64,000 nucleotides of DNA from a virus, in the IMG/VR virus record IMGVR_UViG_3300028610_001991. One strand, written 5' to 3'. Positions 56,068-63,975 of this stretch are shown here, piece by piece (position 1 is the first letter of the stretch; each line of letters starts with the position of its first letter). The position numbers and the translations under genes are program-made. Below the pieces are notes generated by a model, which was not told the DNA's origin, ran no database searches, and saw only the letters and a list, made by a program, of their open reading frames with translations.

Positions 56068-56226
56068 ATGACTGATGAAGAAAAAAACGATGACGCTCTG
56101 GAAGAAACTGCAGACGATACTGTAGAGGAAGGAACTACAGACGATAAGTCTGCTGACTATGATGATGAGTCTGCTGATGATGAGTCTGCTGATGATGATG
56201 ATGAATCTACAGATGATGATGAGTAA
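56068..56226 (+). CDS. ultra-acidic 52-aa peptide (not in + strand track)
   Basis: AAAGGAGG RBS, upstream promoter; 29/52 residues are D/E. Confidence 0.75.
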   Translation: MTDEEKNDDALEETADDTVEEGTTDDKSADYDDESADDESADDDDESTDDDE

Positions 56227-56249
56227 ATAGAACAACGAGGAATAACATA

Positions 56250-56600
56250 ACATTTTTACCCAGTCGTTATAGACGTAGGTTCAAACCAAACTGGGTAAAT
56301 AAAAGCTGTGACTGAATAACTGATGTAGTGTGAGTAAGGTATATACCACCCTGAGGAAATGCAGGGTAAAAAGCTTACTTAGCTTGGTATGGTAGTTCTC
56401 TGTGGAAATTAAGGTATTCTCTTTTATAAATGGACCAATTTATAAAAGAGAAGTCGGCACGTATGGATATACTCTACTCTACCGTGTCCGTGGGGGTAAA
56501 GCCCTTCTCCATTTATTTCTGGGACGTACGCGACTTCCAGAAGGATGACTGAAAATTTAACTGCAGACTTAACTTGTAGGTAAAATGACAATCCTATCGG
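56250..56600 (+). ncRNA. candidate structured non-coding RNA (about 350 nt), family unassigned
   Basis: 10-bp, 8-bp, 15-bp and several 6-bp stems; no ORF in track. Confidence 0.55.
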
Positions 56601-56628
56601 CTTTTTATTCTAAAGGACAACACTAAAA

Positions 56629-56856
56629 ATGGAATTAATAACTTATAACAATAACAGACCTTTTATTAAAGACACAAATATATCTCTAGCAGAGATTGCT
56701 AAAAGCTTACAGGGAGAATTGTCGATCGATAACATTTTAAAATCGTTCCCTAGCTTAACCCTTAGTCAAGCAATTGTAGCTTTTCTCTTTTGGAAAAACA
56801 GTAAACATGAAAAACTGTTTACTGAAAATAGTGAAGCTGTAGCTAATATAGCTTAA
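56629..56856 (+). CDS. DUF433-like (antitoxin-type) DNA-binding protein
   Basis: RPFIKDTNIS...SIDNILKSFPSLT pattern. Confidence 0.65.
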   Translation: MELITYNNNRPFIKDTNISLAEIAKSLQGELSIDNILKSFPSLTLSQAIVAFLFWKNSKHEKLFTENSEAVANIA

Positions 56857-56883
56857 ATATATAATAAATAGGAGTAGAAAAAG

Positions 56884-57162
56884 ATGTCAGAAAACACAAA
56901 CATTTATGTCGGGAATATCCCTTATTCCGCAGACGAAGGATCGTTGAGGGAGCTATTCGTTAAACACGGAGAGGTAGAATCTGTGAAGGTAATAACTGAC
57001 AGAGATTCTGGTAAATCTAAAGGATTTGCCTTTATTAACATGATGGATGAAGAAGGAACTCAATCTGCAATTAGTAATCTACACGAATCTGATATGGACG
57101 GTAGAAAATTGGTTGTAAATATTGCCAGGCCCCGTAAACAGCAGGAAAATAGAAGCTATTAG
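56884..57162 (+). CDS. RRM (RNP-1) RNA-binding protein
   Basis: RNP2 IYVGNI, RNP1 KGFAFINM, LVVNIAR. Confidence 0.95.
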   Translation: MSENTNIYVGNIPYSADEGSLRELFVKHGEVESVKVITDRDSGKSKGFAFINMMDEEGTQSAISNLHESDMDGRKLVVNIARPRKQQENRSY

Positions 57163-57373
57163 AGGCGGCATTTATCTTTAGGTAAAGAGCTTAAACCCAG
57201 CTATAAGAAATTACTCACACACAAATTTATCAAGGATATATCAAGACAGTATTACCATGTTTGCAAACATAGGTATGTACCCGGGACTATCAGATACAGC
57301 ATCTGTAAGAGTAACTGTATATGATAGTTCCGGCTGTGTTGATATGTATCTCTACATTGAGCCTACTGAATAA
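57163..57373 (+). pseudogene. start-less, frameshifted paralog of 57694-57972
   Basis: RHLSLGKELKPSYKKLL...VYDSSGCVDMYLYIEP aligns to the intact copy, with a deletion/frameshift near 57300. Confidence 0.8.
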
Positions 57374-57497
57374 TTATACTGTGGGCTTCCCCTGGCCACT
57401 GACAATGGAAGCATCTGTACGGGCAGCCATGAAGTTTCCCCAGCCCGTGAATAACCGGATATCAGGGTGGCTTACTATATAATTATTTAGGACAGAA

Positions 57498-57704
57498 GTG
57501 AGGATTTATTTTATGAGTTGTGACCATCACATAGAAAAGAGAAATTTTATATGTATTAGGGATTCTGCTATTGTTTATAAATGTAGCTGTGGTATGTATG
57601 TTTTTAATTCTACTCCAGAGGGAGTAGTAGCTGAGGATAGTGACCGTATGACAGATACTTTGCGGAATGTGCTGCAGGCAGTAAAAGGTATGTTTGGTGG
57701 GTAG
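57498..57704 (+). CDS. small Cys/His-containing hypothetical protein
   Basis: CDHH...C...CSCG. Confidence 0.45.
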   Translation: MRIYFMSCDHHIEKRNFICIRDSAIVYKCSCGMYVFNSTPEGVVAEDSDRMTDTLRNVLQAVKGMFGG

Positions 57705-57972
57705 ACATTTATCTTTAAGTAAAGAACTGAAACCTGGCTATAAGAAACTTCTCAAGCATAAATTTGTTAAGAACATATCCAGACAATACTACAGTGTTTG
57801 TAAACATAGATATAAATCAGGCACTATTCGTTATAAAGCGGATACATTTTCCGGGATTCGGGTAACCGGTTATGATAGTTCCGGTTGTGTTGGTATGTAT
57901 ATCTACATTGAGCCTAAAGATAAAATTGAAGATGTAAAAAGATTTATAGAAAAAGAATGGAGGGTAGTATGA
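57694..57972 (+). CDS. hypothetical basic protein
   Basis: ORF; has a decayed paralog upstream, which supports coding status. Confidence 0.65.
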   Translation: MVGRHLSLSKELKPGYKKLLKHKFVKNISRQYYSVCKHRYKSGTIRYKADTFSGIRVTGYDSSGCVGMYIYIEPKDKIEDVKRFIEKEWRVV

Positions 57973-58136
57973 CTGACGAAGAAGAACAAGAAATTGCTTT
58001 TCAAAAAGAATTAGATGATAGTCCACTATCAGGTCCTCCTCAGAGTGTAAAGTGCGGTGGTAGTGGGTCCGGTTTAGCAATAGCAATAATGTTGGGAGGT
58101 ATGGCTTTAATTATATTAAAGCTGTTTTCCTGGTGA
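57969..58136 (+). CDS. small tail-anchored membrane protein (55 aa, not in track)
   Basis: Acidic N-terminus, C-terminal TM; overlaps the upstream stop. Confidence 0.5.
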   Translation: MTDEEEQEIAFQKELDDSPLSGPPQSVKCGGSGSGLAIAIMLGGMALIILKLFSW

Positions 58137-58164
58137 TATATTCTACCCAGAGACAGGAGTATAA

Positions 58165-58377
58165 ATGTTTAACCCAAACGGTAAACGCAAGATGTTTGAA
58201 TATATGGGAGAAAACTCAGCAGGATCGATAATAGAAGAAAGATGGATTGATGTTGAAATCCTGGACTGTGATGAGGATGAGAAAGTTTATGTAGTTCGAC
58301 ATGAGTATGGTTCAGTGGAGAAGATCGAAAAAAAGAATGGGGATGAGTATCAGTTCTATGATGAGAGGGAGGTGTAG
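58165..58377 (+). CDS. hypothetical protein
   Basis: AGGAG RBS. Confidence 0.55.
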   Translation: MFNPNGKRKMFEYMGENSAGSIIEERWIDVEILDCDEDEKVYVVRHEYGSVEKIEKKNGDEYQFYDEREV

Positions 58378-58640
58378 TGGATGATAAATCTATTTTAAAA
58401 AGGGTAATTGATCGGTACTGGATCCCAAAGGTAAATATGTGTGGTGAGTATAAAGGTGTTGTAGGATTCATAGCTATAAGAAGAACTCATAATCCTAAGA
58501 AGTGGAGTTGTTATATAGCAGGGGTACCAGGCAGCGATACTGATAATGATATTTGTTTGGTGGTAGAGCACGGTACTAAGCTGCAGCCTCGTGCTGCGGT
58601 AGCTATGTTTCCGTCTCTTGATATAGCTGATTATGAGTAA
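58377..58640 (+). CDS. hypothetical protein
   Basis: GGAGG RBS; coupled. Confidence 0.55.
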   Translation: MDDKSILKRVIDRYWIPKVNMCGEYKGVVGFIAIRRTHNPKKWSCYIAGVPGSDTDNDICLVVEHGTKLQPRAAVAMFPSLDIADYE

Positions 58641-58724
58641 GCCAGAATGGTGGAATAGACAGATACGCTTATCTCAAAAGCAGACGGGGGTAAACTCATG
58701 CCGGTTCGAGACCGGCTCCGGGCA
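58641..58724 (+). tRNA. degenerate tRNA-Leu(CAA), probable pseudogene
   Basis: TGGTGGAA D-arm, CT-CAA-AA loop, variable arm, perfect GCCGG-TTCGAGA-CCGGC T-arm; acceptor and anticodon stems mismatched; no CCA. Confidence 0.65.
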
Positions 58725-58802
58725 TATTATATTATTTCGTATTTTAACCTTCTCTTGTCAACAAGTAGTGGCTTGTGGGTAATATGATAGTCCCACCGGT
58801 TT

Positions 58803-59123
58803 TTATATAATTATATGTTTAATATTTCGGTTATTTACAAAATGAGCTTCGTTATAATAAGTAAATAGTTCTTTTGCGTATTTCTTCAATTGATATCTTT
58901 TATAGACATCTGTCAGTCTGCTATAAAGAAGTTTCACCTCGGAGTATGTCAATTCTTTGATGTGTCTTTTGTATATCTCTCCTGCAAGCACTTTTTCAAA
59001 TACCATATTTCTGAAATGATTGGATAATAGTTTTAAAATGAGGTTATTATTTATTTGCACGGTTTCTTCCTTTTGAAATAAAATCATCTCTATTAAATTG
59101 CTCAGGAAAATCTCTTTCAGCAT
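58803..59123 (-). CDS. hypothetical protein (start uncertain)
   Basis: Last ORF of the convergent minus-strand block. Confidence 0.4.
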   Translation of the reverse strand: MLKEIFLSNLIEMILFQKEETVQINNNLILKLLSNHFRNMVFEKVLAGEIYKRHIKELTYSEVKLLYSRLTDVYKRYQLKKYAKELFTYYNEAHFVNNRNIKHIII

Positions 59124-59838
59124 TATACTTTAATCGAAACTTTTCATAGGAATCTTTACTGTTAATATAATCGTACACATATGTTTTGTAAGAATCTCTT
59201 TTATATTTAAGTCTTTTTATATGAGTAAAGTCCTTTTTATTAAATAGATCAGGAAAATCTATTTCAGCATTATGCTTTAAACAAATCTTCTCAACCCTAT
59301 CAGAACTTTTACGATAATCAGTCGTGTATTTTTTATAACTACTTCTTTTATGTTTAAGTCTTTTTATATGAGTAAAATCGTCTTTATTAAATAAATCAGG
59401 AAAATCTCTTTTCGCAGCTCTTCTATACCCTATAGTCTCAAGCATTGTAGTTGAATTTTTATATGCTTGTTTATATTCTTCGTAAGTATCTTTAACATAT
59501 TTACGTAAATAGTTAAAATCATTTGTATTAAACTGATCAGGGAAATCTTTCTTAGCATTATCTTTTAGAGAACTTCGTTCACTATACTTAATACTCTTAT
59601 TATAATCTATAACGTATTTTATATAAAAATCCCTTTTATGTTGTCCTTTATTTGCCCACAATTTAAACTCGTTTGTAATTAATCTTTTTAGATATTTGAA
59701 AGAAAGTATATGATTCTTATTTAACATAGCTTCTGATTTATTCCGAGGTACAGTATAATTGACAAGATTATGTGAGTATTTAATTAAATTAGTTATATAT
59801 ACTAATGATTTCTTATCTTCTTTATTAAACTGTCGCAT
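59047..59838 (-). CDS. basic repeat protein (four AxxDFPxxFNxxDF repeats)
   Basis: Repeat period 47-49 aa. Confidence 0.7.
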   Translation of the reverse strand: MRQFNKEDKKSLVYITNLIKYSHNLVNYTVPRNKSEAMLNKNHILSFKYLKRLITNEFKLWANKGQHKRDFYIKYVIDYNKSIKYSERSSLKDNAKKDFPDQFNTNDFNYLRKYVKDTYEEYKQAYKNSTTMLETIGYRRAAKRDFPDLFNKDDFTHIKRLKHKRSSYKKYTTDYRKSSDRVEKICLKHNAEIDFPDLFNKKDFTHIKRLKYKRDSYKTYVYDYINSKDSYEKFRLKYNAERDFPEQFNRDDFISKGRNRANK

Positions 59839-61330
59839 GTCGCCTCTTTAATATATCCATTAATCTATTTAGTTCAGGGTACCTAGATTTAATAAAATTA
59901 CCATTTCTAATCATCATATTAATTTCTTTAATAATGGCTCTTGCTGTTTTCTCGTTTTTGATTTCTTTGATAACTTCAGTTAATTTTTGACGAGAATTGA
60001 TAGCTTCTTGTATATGGGGTAGTAATTCTTCATCCATTTGGTATGTACATCCGTCACCTAATTTATAAACTGCTATCTTTTGTCCTACTCCTAGTTTAAT
60101 TTGTGAAACTAAATTGGTGTTAGAAGCACTTGATATAAATCTTAATATTTTAGTAATTGCATGATGGGCACTTGCAAAATCTAATATAATAGCTTCTTCC
60201 TTACCTAACATAGCTCTCAAGGCACGACCTAGTCTTTGAAGAAATGTGGCAAAATTACTAACTGGTGTCAAAAATAGAATACCACCGACTGCTGGGGCAT
60301 TGTAGCCTTCTGATACTATATTAAGGTTTACTAAAACTCTGATCTCTCCTTTTTCTAATCTTCGTACAGCTTCTTCATTATGACTGTCCGAGTACTCAGA
60401 TAAGATAACTTCTGCTGGAATACCTGCTTCATTTAATCTATTAGTAATATACTTGGCGTATTTTGTATTACCTGCAAATGCTATAGCTGAGGATCCTTCT
60501 GGAAAATACTTATTAACATTATTTAAAATAGCCTGAACACGTTCTTCTATAAAAAGGGTTTTATCTCTATCTTTCTTTTTGTACTTTTTCTTCTCAATAT
60601 ACATCTCGTCTTCAAGTAGCGAGTCTGTGTTATCGTGACATTGGATAAATCTATAATTAGATACCCATCCCGCCTTTATAGCTTCTCCAAGTGTAACATT
60701 GATTAAAGCTTTATTATTAAACAAACTGGTAACAGATTTATTATCCGCTCTGTCAGCTGTTGCAGTCATTCCTAATTTAAAACTATCAAAATAAGATAAA
60801 ATGTTAAGCCATGTGTCCGCTACTGAATGGTGGGCCTCATCTGCAATTACTAATTCAAATTCGTCTTTCTTAAATCCGTGTTTATATCTATATAGGGTGG
60901 GTACCATAGCAATAGTGACAGATTCATTGAATCTATAGTATGTGCCACTTCTCATAACAGAACTCTCTATACCTAAGATAAAGAATAGTTCTTCCCAAAG
61001 TGAGTACATTATAGATTTACGATGTGTCAGTATAAGTGTTTTATGTGATTTATTTTGTTTTAATAACCATTGGATGACCATTGCGGCTATTCGTGTTTTA
61101 CCAAAGCCAGTGGCTCCTAAGATAAGAGCACCATGCCCTATTAGTCCTTTATGTTGTTTATTTCTTTTCTTATAATAAGTCTTATATTCTTTAGTAAACC
61201 CTGTTAGTGCCTTCTTTTGTTTAGTGTAAGGCGGTGGCACAACTCCTTGTTTTTTGTAATAATCTAAAGCTTGCTCTTTTAAAGCATCTTTTTGTCTTTG
61301 ATTTGCTTCTTTCCATGTTTTTTGTTTCAT
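59825..61330 (-). CDS. superfamily 2 helicase (RadD/YejH/Res-subunit-like)
   Basis: GATGFGKT, IADEAHH, TAT, SEGYNAP, QRLGRALR. Confidence 0.9.
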   Translation of the reverse strand: MKQKTWKEANQRQKDALKEQALDYYKKQGVVPPPYTKQKKALTGFTKEYKTYYKKRNKQHKGLIGHGALILGATGFGKTRIAAMVIQWLLKQNKSHKTLILTHRKSIMYSLWEELFFILGIESSVMRSGTYYRFNESVTIAMVPTLYRYKHGFKKDEFELVIADEAHHSVADTWLNILSYFDSFKLGMTATADRADNKSVTSLFNNKALINVTLGEAIKAGWVSNYRFIQCHDNTDSLLEDEMYIEKKKYKKKDRDKTLFIEERVQAILNNVNKYFPEGSSAIAFAGNTKYAKYITNRLNEAGIPAEVILSEYSDSHNEEAVRRLEKGEIRVLVNLNIVSEGYNAPAVGGILFLTPVSNFATFLQRLGRALRAMLGKEEAIILDFASAHHAITKILRFISSASNTNLVSQIKLGVGQKIAVYKLGDGCTYQMDEELLPHIQEAINSRQKLTEVIKEIKNEKTARAIIKEINMMIRNGNFIKSRYPELNRLMDILKRRHATV

Positions 61331-61343
61331 ACTATTTCTCCTT

Positions 61344-61562
61344 TTAGTTTATTTGTGCCTGCATCTTTTCAGCTGTGTTCTTAAATAACGTTATACCGTC
61401 TCCTCGTGGTACGTTGGTTACCCAATGACACTCAGCATAGTCCTGTGGCAGTGTAAAAGCTATTGCCATGGCCGGTCTTTCTTTCAGTTTAAAATGCTCA
61501 GTTATCACTTGTTCTAATTTTTTAGATAATAGAGTCAAATCTCCGGTATTAGATATACTCAT
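61344..61562 (-). CDS. hypothetical protein
   Basis: GAGGAG RBS on minus strand. Confidence 0.55.
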   Translation of the reverse strand: MSISNTGDLTLLSKKLEQVITEHFKLKERPAMAIAFTLPQDYAECHWVTNVPRGDGITLFKNTAEKMQAQIN

Positions 61563-61571
61563 CTTCTCTCC

Positions 61572-61748
61572 TCAGAACCCTACATAATTTTCTAAACAGA
61601 AATCAATCATTTGTCTCACTAGTTTTGCCTTAGACAAGCTATACTTCTTTGCAATTATACTCAGTTTTTTCTCCGTTGCACGAGAAATATAAATCGTCTG
61701 AATAAACTTATCTTTTTCTTTACTTAGTTTATGCGGTTTAAATTTCAT
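61572..61748 (-). CDS. ribbon-helix-helix protein (58 aa, not in track)
   Basis: MKFKPHK...IQTIYISRATEKKL...SKAKLVRQMID; overlaps the upstream stop. Confidence 0.65.
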   Translation of the reverse strand: MKFKPHKLSKEKDKFIQTIYISRATEKKLSIIAKKYSLSKAKLVRQMIDFCLENYVGF

Positions 61749-62668
61749 TCTCCAAACCCCTCGCTTATTTTGCTAAGTTTCTTTTTATCCTTCTCTTCTT
61801 TTTTAATTTGTTCATTAAATCTATCTTCATTCATTACAGATAATACTTCATCATCAATGAGCTGGTGTAGTATACTTGGATTAAGAGCGTCAACTTCCCA
61901 GGAGGTATTTCCGTATTTATTAACATAATCCTTAGCTCTGGGATCAGATAGTTTTGCAGGATTTGGTGGTGGGTTATATTGTTGGATCTGGTCCCAGGTT
62001 AAACCTATATGTTTTATTGTAAAAGCAGGATCTGACCATTTTACTATATCTTTTTTAAGTATGTAGGGGTCAAAATAGGTTAACCCAAAATCTTTTAATC
62101 TATCTCTAATATCTCTAACCATGTCAAGTCCGGAGGGATCGTGATCTCCAAGATAAAATATAATAGAAGGTTTACAGGCATTTTCAATACGTTTATAAGC
62201 ATCATACATAGCTGTGACAGAGCTATACCCTCTATTAACCATAAGATTAATATGATAGTATGAAGTTTTGCGCTGTAACACACCGCTGAGGGCATCTTTT
62301 TCCACCCACAATTCTATGTAGTAGTCTTGGTCTTTTTGTCTGTTAAGTCGGTATGTTTGAACTGTATCATTAAGTGCATCAGGAATATCATATACCCAAT
62401 AAGGAAGTTTTGGCACACGGATCCGATCCTCTATAGCTCCCCAATCAACTACACCGGCCATGCGCCCCTTCTTTAAAAGATTGCTCAACTTGGCGTATTC
62501 TTTTACATTGTTTGGGATAACATCTCTAGATACCAGTTGGTAATAAAGCTGCCGTAATGTGAGCTTGTATCCCTGTTCCTGGTAATCTTCTATAATCTCG
62601 TTAACAGTTTCAAGTTGAGCTTTATTAGCTTTATTAAGTCTTAGTTTTGTGTCGAATGTTTGTTTCAT
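61745..62668 (-). CDS. Topo VI-A/Spo11-like protein (winged helix + TOPRIM)
   Basis: TLRQLYYQL, WVEKDA, NRGY, GDHDPSG, WEVDAL. Confidence 0.75.
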   Translation of the reverse strand: MKQTFDTKLRLNKANKAQLETVNEIIEDYQEQGYKLTLRQLYYQLVSRDVIPNNVKEYAKLSNLLKKGRMAGVVDWGAIEDRIRVPKLPYWVYDIPDALNDTVQTYRLNRQKDQDYYIELWVEKDALSGVLQRKTSYYHINLMVNRGYSSVTAMYDAYKRIENACKPSIIFYLGDHDPSGLDMVRDIRDRLKDFGLTYFDPYILKKDIVKWSDPAFTIKHIGLTWDQIQQYNPPPNPAKLSDPRAKDYVNKYGNTSWEVDALNPSILHQLIDDEVLSVMNEDRFNEQIKKEEKDKKKLSKISEGFGE

Positions 62669-62825
62669 TAATCACCTCCCGGAAATATGGTAAACATTTG
62701 ATGCATGCAGCTACATAATGTTGGCATAAATGTTCTAGCCAGATGAAATAGTTATTTTGTGTTATTTTACCACATATATGACATTCTTGTTTATCGCATG
62801 TATTGTGTTCTACAAGTATATTCAT
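62634..62825 (-). CDS. small Cys-rich hypothetical protein (start uncertain)
   Basis: CHICG...CIKC. Confidence 0.45.
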   Translation of the reverse strand: MNILVEHNTCDKQECHICGKITQNNYFIWLEHLCQHYVAACIKCLPYFREVINETNIRHKTKT

Positions 62826-62828
62826 AAC

Positions 62829-63059
62829 TTATGCTCCTCTCTTGAGTGCCTCTTGTTCTTTGTTATCTTTATCGTTCAAAAACATTATAGAGCCGCTCAT
62901 CTCTATATCTATTGAATGATTGTATTTATTAAAGTGCTGAGCTGCTAAGCCAACTGCATTTCTACTATCAACATCAAAGTCACAGTACCTGCATTTAGCG
63001 TGGTAAAACTTAGATAACCATTTATGCCGTTTATATTTCATAGTCCCTTGTTTCACCAT
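62829..63059 (-). CDS. small Zn-finger-like protein
   Basis: CRYC...H...H. Confidence 0.5.
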   Translation of the reverse strand: MVKQGTMKYKRHKWLSKFYHAKCRYCDFDVDSRNAVGLAAQHFNKYNHSIDIEMSGSIMFLNDKDNKEQEALKRGA

Positions 63060-63490
63060 AATTCCCCTGTCATAGTATAATCCCTATACTCCTTGTCACA
63101 TTTATCAGAGCATAGGTACTCATGATCATAACAAATACCACCACAGTTAGGGCATTTACCGGTGAGTTCCCCTCTAGCCTCATCAGCCGGTACGTAAGCA
63201 GATATAATACATAAACAAAATTGAAGTACAGTAGGGTCTACAATACTACTGTCCCAGGGATCAGTAAGCCACCAGTGAGGATATTTGTTCTCGATCTCCC
63301 ACCTATCTATTGTATGGACAAGGCCGCGTACACGCTGCAGTTCTGGAAATACTTTTTTCATTTCTAGTGTAGCTTCAGCACATGTTCTTAGTACATGGTT
63401 AGGGTCTTCACTAATATTCTTTTCGATCCAATCCTGATATTCTTTTACACGGGCACTGTGCTGTAAAGCTTTGGTTATATTATCTATCAT
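63053..63490 (-). CDS. hypothetical protein with C-terminal Cys cluster
   Basis: HWWL, VDPT, CPNC...CSDKC. Confidence 0.55.
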   Translation of the reverse strand: MIDNITKALQHSARVKEYQDWIEKNISEDPNHVLRTCAEATLEMKKVFPELQRVRGLVHTIDRWEIENKYPHWWLTDPWDSSIVDPTVLQFCLCIISAYVPADEARGELTGKCPNCGGICYDHEYLCSDKCDKEYRDYTMTGELW

Positions 63491-63749
63491 TTATTACTTC
63501 CTCCAATTTAACCTGAATTGCATTCCGGTATTCATTTAATAAATCAAACTTTTCTCTTGTTTCCTCAAACCACGTATCCGGAGGATGTTCTATTTCATCT
63601 TTATCAAAATACTCTGAAAGTATCTCATTAAGGGATGAGTCCAGGGAATCAAAGATTCTCCTTTTGTTCTTTTTAGATATTCTCACTTTATATATCTCCA
63701 GGAATAAGCACATGTAGCGTATAGTACATATCTTCGTAAGTACGTACAT
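63480..63749 (-). CDS. hypothetical protein (start uncertain)
   Basis: ORF in operon. Confidence 0.45.
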   Translation of the reverse strand: MYVLTKICTIRYMCLFLEIYKVRISKKNKRRIFDSLDSSLNEILSEYFDKDEIEHPPDTWFEETREKFDLLNEYRNAIQVKLEEVINDR

Positions 63750-63975
63750 ATAAATCTCTTCTATCTAATAATCTAATACGATTACTTTCAGAGTATAATC
63801 TATGATGTAAATAAGCTTGTGCTATTTCTACTACTTTAACATAAGTTAAATTATCATCTGACACATAAAGTTCAGCTATAGACTGTGGAGTAATATTACT
63901 GTTTGAAAATACTACAGTGTGAAAGCTGAAATAATTAAAATAGTTAGATGGTGTTATATACCCTGTCATTACCAA
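63688..63975 (-). CDS. hypothetical protein
   Basis: ORF at window edge. Confidence 0.4.
   Translation of the reverse strand: MVMTGYITPSNYFNYFSFHTVVFSNSNITPQSIAELYVSDDNLTYVKVVEIAQAYLHHRLYSESNRIRLLDRRDLYVRTYEDMYYTLHVLIPGDI

Noticed and set aside
56417-56452. Rho-independent terminator
   Set aside because: The 15-bp stem is A/U-rich and not followed by a U-tract; treated as part of a larger structured region.
57163-57972. Diversity-generating retroelement TR/VR pair
   Set aside because: Differences between the two copies are not adenine-specific and no reverse transcriptase is present; better explained as a decayed duplication.
944-58471. Numerous short minus-strand ORFs opposite long + strand genes (for example 944, 1643, 4707, 30292, 36572, 52460, 53699)
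   Set aside because: Antisense shadows of well-supported genes, with no RBS or recognisable motifs.
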